33,065 bases of DNA from Chlamydiales bacterium (GTDB lineage Bacteria; Chlamydiota; Chlamydiia; Chlamydiales; SM23-39): NCBI GenBank assembly GCA_035478555.1, contig DATIJO010000052.1:1-33065 (forward strand), given 5' to 3'. Positions 7,821 to 16,850 of this stretch are shown one piece after another. The notes under the pieces were generated by a model, which saw only the letters and a program-made list of their open reading frames with translations, was not told where the DNA came from and ran no database searches. A program made the position numbers and the translations under genes. Position 1 is the stretch's first letter; each line of letters begins with the position of its first letter.

Positions 7821-9345
7821 TGTAGGATGCCACTTGGCCCTCTTTCCATGCTTCATCTTTGTGGAGCATTTTTGCCATAATAGAAGCAACTTCCGGCGCG
7901 ATTGCAATGCTAGCTCTAGCATTTAAAAAAAGCGCGCGGAGTCTTCTTGCCAGTACATCTTCCAAAGTAATCGCCATCTCTTCTTTTACAGCCCAATGGA
8001 CCTCTACGGGAAGATAGGGAAGGTCATGATGGAAGGGCACACCAAGTTCCGGCTTATTCTGGACCATTTCATAGAGCTTTTTCGCATTGCTTCCATAACT
8101 TGTCCAAGAATCAATAGCAATTGGGGAATCTTGGTAACCATAAAGATGGAGAGTGGAAGTAGTGCAAGGATAATCAGTGAGATTGCCTACCTTGATCGCT
8201 TTATTAATCGTATCTTCTGCCATTTTTCGGTAGGTAGTCCATTTCCCTCCGCAGATGCTAATCAGGTTAGATGGGGAAATAAAAATGGAGTGGTCTCTAG
8301 ATAAAGAAGAGGATAGTCTTCCCCCTCTTTTTACTAGAGGTCTTAGTCCTGCAAAGGTGGAGAGGATATCCTCTTTTTTTGGAGATTTTTTCAAATAGAC
8401 GGAAACTGATCGTACAAGAAAATCTATTTCTTCTTCATAGGGCTTAAGTTCCAAGCTAGGTTTTTGGCCCGGGATATCAGTTGTTCCGATGAGTACAGCT
8501 TGATGCCAGGGAATAGCGAAAAGAACCCGTTTGTCTTCCGTTCTGGGTACTAAAAGAGCAGTATTACCCTCTAGAAAACTTTTTGGAAGGACAATATGTG
8601 CGCCTTGGGATGCTTCTATGAGAGGAGGCGCTTTTGTATCGTCCATTTTGCGCACTTCATCGGAAAAGATCCCTGTAGCATTTATCACCACTTTTGAATG
8701 AAGTTGATAGGTCTCCTGAGTCTGTAGATTAATAGCCTCCACTCCGCTAATTTTTCCGTTTTGTTTTAGGAATTTGGTCACCTTAACGTAATTAACAACT
8801 ACTCCTGCAAGTGAGGCAGCTGTTTGAGCAAGAGTAATAGCCAATCTTGCATCATCAAACTGGGCGTCAAAATAGAGATTGCTTCCTTTCAAATTCGTTG
8901 GTTCTAAATTCGGGATTTTACTTAGCGTTGCTTCCGGAGTGAGGAGATGCGAACCCTCCATCTTTAATTTCCCTGAGAGCTTATCGTAGACTTTTAGACC
9001 GATGCCATAATAAGTCCCTTGCCACCAGTGGTAATTGGGGATGATAAAACCAAGGGGCTGTATTAAATGGGGCGCATTTTTTAAAAGAACGCCTCTCTCT
9101 CTTAAGCATTCGGAAACGAGGGAAATGTGTCCCTGCTTTAAATAGCGGAGGCCCCCATGAATGAGCTTTGTGCTGCGAGAAGATGTTGCCTTTGCAAAAT
9201 CGCTTTGCTCAAGAAGAAGGGTTCGGTATCCACGGGATGCGGCATCTACAGCACATCCAAGTCCGGTTGCACCTCCTCCAATGATGATGATGTCCCAGAT
9301 ATCAGGAGAGAACTTGAGGTATTCAATCATCTCATCTCTTTTCAT
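7786..9345 (-). CDS. glpD: FAD-dependent glycerol-3-phosphate dehydrogenase
   Basis: N-terminal dinucleotide fold DIIIIGGGATGLGCAVDAASRGYRTLLLEQSDFAKATSSRSTKLIHGGLRYL. The length and C-terminal region are typical of GlpD. The ATGA overlap with the glpK stop indicates an operon. Confidence 0.9.
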   Translation of the reverse strand: MKRDEMIEYLKFSPDIWDIIIIGGGATGLGCAVDAASRGYRTLLLEQSDFAKATSSRSTKLIHGGLRYLKQGHISLVSECLRERGVLLKNAPHLIQPLGFIIPNYHWWQGTYYGIGLKVYDKLSGKLKMEGSHLLTPEATLSKIPNLEPTNLKGSNLYFDAQFDDARLAITLAQTAASLAGVVVNYVKVTKFLKQNGKISGVEAINLQTQETYQLHSKVVINATGIFSDEVRKMDDTKAPPLIEASQGAHIVLPKSFLEGNTALLVPRTEDKRVLFAIPWHQAVLIGTTDIPGQKPSLELKPYEEEIDFLVRSVSVYLKKSPKKEDILSTFAGLRPLVKRGGRLSSSLSRDHSIFISPSNLISICGGKWTTYRKMAEDTINKAIKVGNLTDYPCTTSTLHLYGYQDSPIAIDSWTSYGSNAKKLYEMVQNKPELGVPFHHDLPYLPVEVHWAVKEEMAITLEDVLARRLRALFLNARASIAIAPEVASIMAKMLHKDEAWKEGQVASYTKLAQNYLVFS

Positions 9346-10823
9346 GATCTATCCTCTAAGCTTCTTGCAGCCAGGACTGCTCTCTCCCATTTTTTCAAAA
9401 GCTTTTCTGCTATTTTGGCTGTGATTTTGGGTTGAAATTTTCTATCCAAATGCCAGCTCTTCAAGATCTCCTCTTTATTTTTCCAAAATCCAATCGCAAG
9501 ACCTGCTAAAAAACCTGCGCCAAGCCCGGTTAATTCATGAGTTTTAGGCCTCAGGACCTCTCTTTGAAGAAGATCTGCTTGAAATTGAAGCAGGATGTCT
9601 GATACTGCCGATCCGCCATCTGCCCGAATCTCTTTTATTGGACGATGTGCATCCTTGACCATGGCATTTAAAACATCGGCCGCTTGAAATGCAATCCCTT
9701 CTAAGGCAGATCTGGCAATATGGCCTTTTTCTGTTCCACGGGTAAGGCCAAAAATCAAACCCTTGGCATACGGATCCCAATAGGGCGCTCCAAGGCCTGT
9801 AAAAGCAGGAACAAAAATGACACCGTTAGAATCTGCTACTTTCCCCGCAAGAACATCGACATCCGAAGAATGCTCTATCATTCCGAGGTTATCTCGTAGC
9901 CATTGGACGATAGCACCTGCCATAAAGACGCTTCCTTCTAAAGCGTAGGTTGTCTCTTTTCCTATTTTCCAGGCAATCGTTGTAAGAAGGCGCTTTTCTG
10001 ATAAAATGGGAGTAAGGCCTGTATTCATTAAAAGAAAACATCCTGTTCCATAAGTGGCTTTCACCGATCCGATCTCAAAGCATCCTTGTCCAAAAAGAGC
10101 TGCCTGCTGATCGCCGGCAATACCGGAAATTGGGATGGGAGTAGAAAAGAGAGAGGTTTTTCCGTAGATTTCCGATGTTGATCTAACTTCGGGAAGGATT
10201 TCTTTTGGGACCTTGAAAATCTCTAGCAGCTCCTCATCCCACTTAAGAGAATGGATATTAAAAAGCATAGTTCTAGAGGCATTCGTAACATCCGTACAAT
10301 GGACTGTGCCTCCGGTTAATTTCCAAAGAAGCCAGCTGTCCACTGTCCCAAAGGCAAGCTCTTTTCTTTTAGCCTTTTCCCTTGCACCGGGAATATGGTC
10401 CAAAATCCAAGCAATTTTGGTAGCGGAAAAATAGGGATCAAGAACAAGGCCCGTCTTCTCTTGCACCAGCTTTTCATAACCCTTTTTCCTTAGCTCTTCG
10501 CAGTAGGAAAAGGTCCTTCGATCCTGCCAAACAATAGCTGGGGCAATCGGCCCTGATGTATTTTTATCCCAAAGTATGGTTGTTTCTCTTTGATTGGTAA
10601 TTCCAATCGCAAGGATTTTAACATCTGCCGCCTTCGCGATTGCATCTTTTGCAACAGCTATTTGAGAAGACCAGATCTCGGCTGCATCATGTTCCACAAA
10701 ACCAGGGGAGGGGAAGTGCTGTTTAAATTCTTTCTGAGAGGAAGAGATAATTCTCCCATCATGATCGATGATGAGCGCCCTGGAACTGGTCGTTCCTTGG
10801 TCTAAGGCAAGTATACATTCCAT
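9342..10823 (-). CDS. glpK: Glycerol kinase
   Basis: ALDQGTTSSRALI, ITNQRETTILWD, GDQQAALFGQ and the C-terminal ADGG motif are FGGY-family / GlpK hallmarks. Confidence 0.95.
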   Translation of the reverse strand: MECILALDQGTTSSRALIIDHDGRIISSSQKEFKQHFPSPGFVEHDAAEIWSSQIAVAKDAIAKAADVKILAIGITNQRETTILWDKNTSGPIAPAIVWQDRRTFSYCEELRKKGYEKLVQEKTGLVLDPYFSATKIAWILDHIPGAREKAKRKELAFGTVDSWLLWKLTGGTVHCTDVTNASRTMLFNIHSLKWDEELLEIFKVPKEILPEVRSTSEIYGKTSLFSTPIPISGIAGDQQAALFGQGCFEIGSVKATYGTGCFLLMNTGLTPILSEKRLLTTIAWKIGKETTYALEGSVFMAGAIVQWLRDNLGMIEHSSDVDVLAGKVADSNGVIFVPAFTGLGAPYWDPYAKGLIFGLTRGTEKGHIARSALEGIAFQAADVLNAMVKDAHRPIKEIRADGGSAVSDILLQFQADLLQREVLRPKTHELTGLGAGFLAGLAIGFWKNKEEILKSWHLDRKFQPKITAKIAEKLLKKWERAVLAARSLEDRS

Positions 10824-10979
10824 TTCTTCACATTTATATGAAGCAGATTAAAGAAGAAAGTCGAAAATAAATGTTAAGATTACATTAATTTTTTATAAAA
10901 ACTGTTGCAAAAAATCTTTTGATTTCATTCACTATCTCTTTGTTAATTTTTCAAGAACATAAGCCTAATGGAGGATTTT

Positions 10980-11123
10980 ATGAACATATTGGATAGGACA
11001 AAAGTACTGTTAAAGAAACTGATCCCTTCTAATAAAAAAGATGACTGCACCTGCCATACTGGCAAATGCGGCTGCGAGCAGAAAAATAAAGAAGAACAAC
11101 TAGGGAAAAAACAACGAAACTAG
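10980..11123 (+). CDS. Small Cys-rich hypothetical peptide (47 aa), absent from the ORF track
   Basis: My translation is MNILDRTKVLLKKLIPSNKKDDCTCHTGKCGCEQKNKEEQLGKKQRN. GGAGG at 10970-10974 lies 5 nt before the ATG at 10980, and the stop TAG is at 11121-11123. Confidence 0.4.
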   Translation: MNILDRTKVLLKKLIPSNKKDDCTCHTGKCGCEQKNKEEQLGKKQRN

Positions 11124-11989
11124 GAGCTAACTTCTTCTTGTTTTTTTAGCCGGGCGCGTTCCCAAAGGATAACAAATCCCGCTGTGAGGATGAGTAAGTT
11201 TCCGAGCAGGCTTGTAAGATCAAGAGGAATAGACCATACTAGCTTTTCCCAAAATACACTAAAGGCGACTGTTAAATAACTAAACCCGCAAAGAGTGTTG
11301 GGTGAAATGTAGGTATGGGCCTTAGTGATCAGGGATTGAAAAAGAAGAAAAAGGCCCCCAATCAGGATGAGATGCATCAGGATTAGGGGGCTTGGCATTC
11401 CAATTCGATTAGTGACAATTGGTATTAGACTAAAAGAAGTTGAAAAGAGAAGGAAATAGAAGAGGATCGTAGTATTTTTTTCAGTCTTAGATAGGTCATG
11501 AACAAGGACCATGCTTAATGCAGCCAGAAAGCCTGCGGCAAGAGATGCAAGGCTCGCAAATTGCATTACCTCTAACTTTGGTTGGAGGATAAAGAAGACT
11601 CCCACGAAGCCAATTGTTATCGCAACAAGGCCAAGTTTTGTGATTTTTCTTCTATAGAAAATGAGCATGATCACCGGAGTAAAAAAGGGAAGTGTATTTT
11701 CCAAAAGAACAGCATCTACGAGCGCTAGCCTTTGAATCCCGTAAGTAGAACAAAAAATAGTGCTGATGCTCGCGATCGATCGATAAAAATGTTTTTTTCT
11801 ATTTTCAGTCCTAACGAGGGATGGATCTTTAGGGATAAAGATACAGCTAAATAGAAGGAGTCCAACAAGGCTTCTAGAAAAAACTATAAGAATATAGCTG
11901 CAAGGCGTCAGTTTGATACAGAGAAGGGCCAATGAGTAAAGGAAATAGGCAGTGATAGCAAGAAATATACCCTTAAATTCACTCTTCAT
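11120..11989 (-). CDS. EamA/DMT-superfamily transporter
   Basis: 289 aa with about 10 hydrophobic segments arranged as two similar halves, typical of the drug/metabolite transporter family. ATG start. Confidence 0.6.
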   Translation of the reverse strand: MKSEFKGIFLAITAYFLYSLALLCIKLTPCSYILIVFSRSLVGLLLFSCIFIPKDPSLVRTENRKKHFYRSIASISTIFCSTYGIQRLALVDAVLLENTLPFFTPVIMLIFYRRKITKLGLVAITIGFVGVFFILQPKLEVMQFASLASLAAGFLAALSMVLVHDLSKTEKNTTILFYFLLFSTSFSLIPIVTNRIGMPSPLILMHLILIGGLFLLFQSLITKAHTYISPNTLCGFSYLTVAFSVFWEKLVWSIPLDLTSLLGNLLILTAGFVILWERARLKKQEEVSS

Positions 11990-12076
11990 TTATTTTTTCT
12001 TTAAAATTTATTTATCAATTTGCAAGAATACCAGGATTGCAGTCAAACAAACTTTTGCCGGATAGCACTTTTCTCT

Positions 12077-13579
12077 ATGAAATCCTTTTGTCTGAACTTT
12101 CAAAAAGACCCACCGACCTTAGATCCACGAAAGTGCGGCGATTTTATCTCCTCCGCAGCCATTTTTTTGCTTTATAAAGGCCTCACACGATTAGAGGCTA
12201 ACCATCAGATCACCTATGATATCGCCAATTCTATCTACATCTCTCAAGATGGGAGGACCTATGAATTTCATCTTGGCGACTGTTTTTGGAGCGACGGCCA
12301 TCCCATCACAGCTTTAGATTTTGAAAACTCTTGGAAAACTGTCTTAAACCCTGATTTTCCTGCCCTTTCAGCCCATCTCTTTTACCCCATAAAAAATGCG
12401 GAAAAAGCAAAAAAGGGGTTAGTTCCAGTTAAAGATGTAGGCATCCATGCAAAATCTCCCAAAGTATTAGTGGTAGAGCTTGAGTATCCGACTCCTTATT
12501 TCTTAGAGCTAACAGGGTTTTGTTGTTTCTTTCCTGTCCCTTCCCATCTTCCCTTCTCGGAGGAGCAGTGCCTCTCTAGCGGCGCTTTTCAATTAGTGCA
12601 TTGGAAAAAAGGGGATGAGATCCTGCTCAAAAAAAATGAGTTTTCTCGAAATCTCTATAAAGTATCTTTGAATGAGATCAAGATTTTGATTACTGGAGAT
12701 GAACAGAAAGCATTAGACCTTTTTGAGAAAGGGGAGCTGGATTGGATCGGGGACCCTATTTCTCCACTTCCTATTGATGCCATCCCGAAGCTTTTTCAAA
12801 AGAGAAAAGTGATTCCTGTAGGAGGATTGATCTCCTGCTTCTTTAATACTTTGCAATTTCCCTTTCATAACCGTAATATGCGAAAAGCCTTTTCCTTTGC
12901 CATTAATAGAAAGAAGATCCTAGACAAATTCCTTCTTCCTAATACCCATATTGCAACAAGCCCTGTGCCTCCTATTTTGAAAAACAATTTGAGCACTGAT
13001 CTTTTTGAAGATGGGAGAGTGGACCTCGCCCAATCTCTTTTCCAAAAGGCTTGCCAGGAGCTAAAAGAAAAACCAAGCTCTCTTTCTTTAAAGCTCTCTT
13101 TTGAATCATCGGAGCTTGGCTTTAAGCTAGCAAAAGAGCTGCAAGAAGACTGGAAAAATGCATTTGACATTTCTGTTAAACTTGAACCTTTAGAGTTTAA
13201 GGCTCTCTATGGAAAATTGACCTCCCGTGATTTTTCCCTCTCTTTTTCCAGATGGGCTGCCCAGTACAATGACCCGATGAATATCTTAGAGCGCTTTAAA
13301 TTCCGCGAAAACTCAAAAAATTTCTCCGGATGGGAAAATTCTGATTATATCCATCTATTGAATAGGTACATGAAGACACCTCAAGTAGAAAAACGGCTAG
13401 AGGTCGCCATGCAGGCAGAAAAGCTATTAATAGAGGATATGCCCATTGCTCCTATCTATTACTTTTCCTATACCTATCTTCAAAAGCCTCACGTGAAAAA
13501 CCTTGCCGTCTCTCCTATTGGCGTCTTCCATTTCGATAGGGTCTATTTAGAAAAAGAACAAGCAGGGATAACAGGATAG
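12077..13579 (+). CDS. Family-5 (OppA/DppA-like) peptide-binding protein homologue lacking a recognisable signal peptide
   Basis: PPTLDPRK near the N-terminus, WSDGHPITALDF, and overall length typical of cluster-C substrate-binding proteins. The first ATG is at 12077. The track start at 12020 is TTG, with a stop at 12002-12004 just upstream. Confidence 0.7.
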   Translation: MKSFCLNFQKDPPTLDPRKCGDFISSAAIFLLYKGLTRLEANHQITYDIANSIYISQDGRTYEFHLGDCFWSDGHPITALDFENSWKTVLNPDFPALSAHLFYPIKNAEKAKKGLVPVKDVGIHAKSPKVLVVELEYPTPYFLELTGFCCFFPVPSHLPFSEEQCLSSGAFQLVHWKKGDEILLKKNEFSRNLYKVSLNEIKILITGDEQKALDLFEKGELDWIGDPISPLPIDAIPKLFQKRKVIPVGGLISCFFNTLQFPFHNRNMRKAFSFAINRKKILDKFLLPNTHIATSPVPPILKNNLSTDLFEDGRVDLAQSLFQKACQELKEKPSSLSLKLSFESSELGFKLAKELQEDWKNAFDISVKLEPLEFKALYGKLTSRDFSLSFSRWAAQYNDPMNILERFKFRENSKNFSGWENSDYIHLLNRYMKTPQVEKRLEVAMQAEKLLIEDMPIAPIYYFSYTYLQKPHVKNLAVSPIGVFHFDRVYLEKEQAGITG

Positions 13580-13671
13580 ACAGGATAAAAAAATACTTCT
13601 CTATCCTTCCTATCATTCTTATCGTTGATTCTGCTTGAATGAGAATTTAATGATTTGAACGATATAACGAT

Positions 13672-14268
13672 ATGAATGATAGAAAATATAAATTTGATCC
13701 AAATATAACTTTGCCGGAAGATTTCCAGCTTGATTTTACCTATCTTCCTCATCTTCTGTTTAAAGAGGAAAAAGTAAGGCTAAGGTCTCTCAACTATTGG
13801 AAGAAAAGAAGCTCTGAGAAGAGTTTTTTAGGAGTCTATTTTCAAGAAGAGATGAAAAAAAGATCTTTCCCTCTTTTAGAGCTAAAAAGAACCAAAGAAG
13901 CAGGGTTCGGCCTTTTTGCAAACGAAGATATTCCCTCTTTTACTTTGATTGGGGAATATACCGGGATTGTTCGAAGAAAATCTTTGGAAAACTCCCAGTT
14001 AAAAAATCGTTACCTGATGCAGTACCCAGTTGGATTTTGGTCGCTATTCTCGTGGGTCATCGATGCTGAGAGCCAAGGGAACTACTGCAGATGGATCAAC
14101 CATAGTAAAAAAAGAAATGTTCACATCCAATCTTTTCTTTATGATGGACTTATCCACTTAGGGTTAGTATCCTCAGAGAAAATTCCCAAAGGTAGGCAGC
14201 TTCTCCAAGACTATGGAGACCTCTACTGGCGGCAACTGAAAGAAAAACCCTATGAAATCAATTCCTAA
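13672..14268 (+). CDS. SET-domain protein (lysine methyltransferase-like), paralogue 1
   Basis: GFGLFANEDIP...GEYTG, RWINHSKKRNV (NHS motif) and LLQDYGDLYW (the Y-D-Y-G position). Confidence 0.8.
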   Translation: MNDRKYKFDPNITLPEDFQLDFTYLPHLLFKEEKVRLRSLNYWKKRSSEKSFLGVYFQEEMKKRSFPLLELKRTKEAGFGLFANEDIPSFTLIGEYTGIVRRKSLENSQLKNRYLMQYPVGFWSLFSWVIDAESQGNYCRWINHSKKRNVHIQSFLYDGLIHLGLVSSEKIPKGRQLLQDYGDLYWRQLKEKPYEINS

Positions 14269-14866
14269 AGTCGAAAAGAATGGAAAGGTCTATCAATACT
14301 CGCCTGAAGAGTTTGAAGAAGCCTTAGGGGTGACCTATCTTCATGGGTTAGAATTTCAAAAAATGTCGATACTTGCTTGGATCCAAAAGGAGTGCCAAAA
14401 AGCACTCAAAAAGAATCTCATTACCATGCAGCAAAAGTGGCTTGGCTCCTATTACGAAGATGAGATCTTAACGCCCAAAGATCCCCCCATCATCCTCAAA
14501 TGGATCGATCAAGACATCGGTTGGGGTGTCTTTGCGGAAAAAGATCTTACCCCCAAAACCTACATCGGGGAATACACGGGTTTCCTGCGAAAGAAAAAGA
14601 ACCGCCTAGATAAAAAAAACTCGTATTGTTTTGAATACATGATAGGGGAGACCAAAGAGACTAACTTCACCATCGATGCGCAGGATAAAGGCAATTTTAC
14701 CCGGTTTATCAACCACTCACCTACTGGAAACGCAGATCCTATGATCATCTATTCTGGAGGTATCATGAGGGTCATCATCTACGCCAATCAAAAAATCCCA
14801 AAAGGCGCCCAGATCACTTACGATTATGGCCCCGACTATTGGGCTAAGCGCGAATCTCCTATTTGA
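14252..14866 (+). CDS. SET-domain protein (lysine methyltransferase-like), paralogue 2
   Basis: GWGVFAEKDL...GEYTG, RFINHSPTGNA and ITYDYGPDYW. Its ATG overlaps the last 17 nt of paralogue 1. Confidence 0.82.
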   Translation: MKSIPKVEKNGKVYQYSPEEFEEALGVTYLHGLEFQKMSILAWIQKECQKALKKNLITMQQKWLGSYYEDEILTPKDPPIILKWIDQDIGWGVFAEKDLTPKTYIGEYTGFLRKKKNRLDKKNSYCFEYMIGETKETNFTIDAQDKGNFTRFINHSPTGNADPMIIYSGGIMRVIIYANQKIPKGAQITYDYGPDYWAKRESPI

Positions 14867-15864
14867 GTACGGATTCTTTTCCAAGTATCTTCAGGAAGAT
14901 CGGTTCCAATTTCTTTGATGACTTCAGATGCTAAAAAGGCTCCTAAATAGGCGCAATCTCTTAAATCCTTCTTTCGTAGAAGCCCGTAAAGAAAACCGCT
15001 CGTGAAAAAATCTCCCGCGCCGGTAGTGTCTTTTACCTCTACTTGAATAGAGGGATAGTAGTAGTGCTCCTTTCCTTTCTTGACCCAGCCTCCCTTTTCT
15101 CCCATAGTGACTACTGCAATGGGACAAAGTTTGGCCATCTGCTGAACAGCATACATAGGCTCTAAAGAGGTCAAGGCTTTTGCCTCATCGGCATTGCCGA
15201 AAACAATGTCTGCCTCTTTGATGAATTCAATAAAATCCTCTTTGTACTGTTCCACAAGTTTAGCGCTTCCTAGATCTAAAGAAATGAGGCATTTTTGGCT
15301 TTTTGCAATAGCGAAAGCCCTTTTGACCATCTCTTTATTTTCAATCTCATACCCGGCGATATGAAAAATAGAGACATTTTCAAAATCTTTCGAAGAGAAA
15401 GGAAGATCCGCGAGGCTTTCTATTCCACGAAAGGTGCGCATCGTCCTTTCTTTATCCGGCGTAATAAAGCAGTACATTTTTGGCGTTGGGGAATCGTTGT
15501 ATTGCATGAGACATTGAATATTTAAGCTCTCCATCTTCTCAAGAAGAGCAGTTGCCAAATGATCAAGGCCCATCTTTCCTAAAAAAGCGCAAGATAGTCC
15601 TAAGTGAGATAAGCTTTTGATCACATTCAGACCGCTTCCTCCTAAAGTAAAGGAGGTATTGGGATACATCGTATGATAGCTCTGCCACTCTTCTTCACTG
15701 ATCGGCTTCCATCCGTCCTTTTCTAACCCTAAGCCCTGAAATTCCTCATCAGAGACACAAACAAAGTAATCCGCAATAGGAGCGCCTATGCTCAAGACCT
15801 CATAGCCAAAGAGAGTTCCTGTGAAGCAGATGAATGGAAGGAGTATCCCTTTTAAAAAATCCAT
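14836..15864 (-). CDS. PfkB-family carbohydrate/nucleoside kinase with hydrophobic N-terminal extension
   Basis: C-terminal PfkB signature DTTGAGDFFTSGFLYGL and N-terminal GGSGLN. There are about 20 extra residues, MDFLKGILLPFICFTGTLFG, ahead of the usual start of the fold. It overlaps the second SET gene convergently by 31 nt. Confidence 0.78.
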   Translation of the reverse strand: MDFLKGILLPFICFTGTLFGYEVLSIGAPIADYFVCVSDEEFQGLGLEKDGWKPISEEEWQSYHTMYPNTSFTLGGSGLNVIKSLSHLGLSCAFLGKMGLDHLATALLEKMESLNIQCLMQYNDSPTPKMYCFITPDKERTMRTFRGIESLADLPFSSKDFENVSIFHIAGYEIENKEMVKRAFAIAKSQKCLISLDLGSAKLVEQYKEDFIEFIKEADIVFGNADEAKALTSLEPMYAVQQMAKLCPIAVVTMGEKGGWVKKGKEHYYYPSIQVEVKDTTGAGDFFTSGFLYGLLRKKDLRDCAYLGAFLASEVIKEIGTDLPEDTWKRIRTQIGDSRLAQ

Positions 15865-15890
15865 AAAGCCCCTATCGTTTATGAAAAATT

Positions 15891-16850
15891 ATGATCCTAC
15901 TCTTCTTTTTATTATTAGTGAATAGCCTCTTCGCGACGCTTTCCACTCCGCTCACGTTGGACTTTGGCGAAGGATACCGGGAAGATCATCTCAAGCTGCA
16001 TCTTCTCCTTCCCAATCCTGCAGGCGGGACCTGGTACGAAGAGAGGTATGATCCCATCCGTTTTGCGCAAACGGAAGCCACTCTTCGCTTTGTAGAAAGG
16101 GATATCTATGTACTCTTCAATGGAGGGTATGGCGCAATTGGTAAATGCACCATGAAGCAAGGGCCTCTCTCTGTTCCTTTTTCAACCAATGAGGCCTCGT
16201 TTCATTTCCACACCACAGGACAATCAGCTCATGCGATGGGAATATTTGGCTATCAGGTGGACTTAACGCCGTGCCGCCATTATACTGTGGCCTTCACGCC
16301 TCTTTTTGGTTATGGCTACTACTATGAAAAACTGAAAAGAAAGATGCCAACTCCCAATCCCTTTTCTTCACCTCTATCAGCTGGCAATCCCTCTTTTTTC
16401 AATATGTTTTCAAGTCTCTCTCGAAAAAACCTTACTACTATTTGGAAAGGCTTTTTTGTGGGAGCGGATGTGCAGGTAAATCCGGGAGGAATAGTAACCT
16501 TCAACGCAACCTATGCCTACCATTTCATGGCCCTTCGGCAAAAGATTGCGATTGAAACTCACACGGAACTCTTTTCTCCAACTATTCTTTTAGAAGACTT
16601 CACGACCCTTTGGGATACCAATGTTCATACTCCCAACAACCACGGCCATCTAGGCATTCTAAAAGCCTACTTTGATATTTCTTGCCACTGGGGAGCGCTT
16701 CTTTATGGAAAGATCCTCTACTTTACATCCCACATGAGGGATGTGACATTAAAACAAACCGTGAACGGATTTTCAACGACTTCAACTACTAGCTACAAGA
16801 TGACCCATTTGATGCTGGAGATCTTGGTAGAGGGGAGCTATAAATTCTAG
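15891..16850 (+). CDS. Putative beta-barrel outer-membrane protein
   Basis: Signal peptide MILLFFLLLVNSLFA, alternating aromatic/polar strands throughout, and a C-terminal ...EGSYKF ending in Phe, as in many OMPs. Confidence 0.5.
   Translation: MILLFFLLLVNSLFATLSTPLTLDFGEGYREDHLKLHLLLPNPAGGTWYEERYDPIRFAQTEATLRFVERDIYVLFNGGYGAIGKCTMKQGPLSVPFSTNEASFHFHTTGQSAHAMGIFGYQVDLTPCRHYTVAFTPLFGYGYYYEKLKRKMPTPNPFSSPLSAGNPSFFNMFSSLSRKNLTTIWKGFFVGADVQVNPGGIVTFNATYAYHFMALRQKIAIETHTELFSPTILLEDFTTLWDTNVHTPNNHGHLGILKAYFDISCHWGALLYGKILYFTSHMRDVTLKQTVNGFSTTSTTSYKMTHLMLEILVEGSYKF

Noticed and set aside
13563-13605. Triple direct repeat CAGGGATAA/CAGGATAGA/CAGGATAAA at the end of the OppA-like gene, and a 7-bp stem GGATAGA...TCTATCC (13574-13580 with 13599-13605).
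   Set aside because: The repeats are short and degenerate and straddle the stop codon. The hairpin has an 18-nt loop and a poor T-tract. It may be a weak terminator but is not strong enough to call.
13657-13682. Tandem AACGATAT/AACGATAT/GAATGATA octamers spanning the first SET gene start codon.
   Set aside because: There are only two and a half short AT-rich units, which is compatible with chance in AT-rich leader sequence. No supporting symmetry or second site was found.
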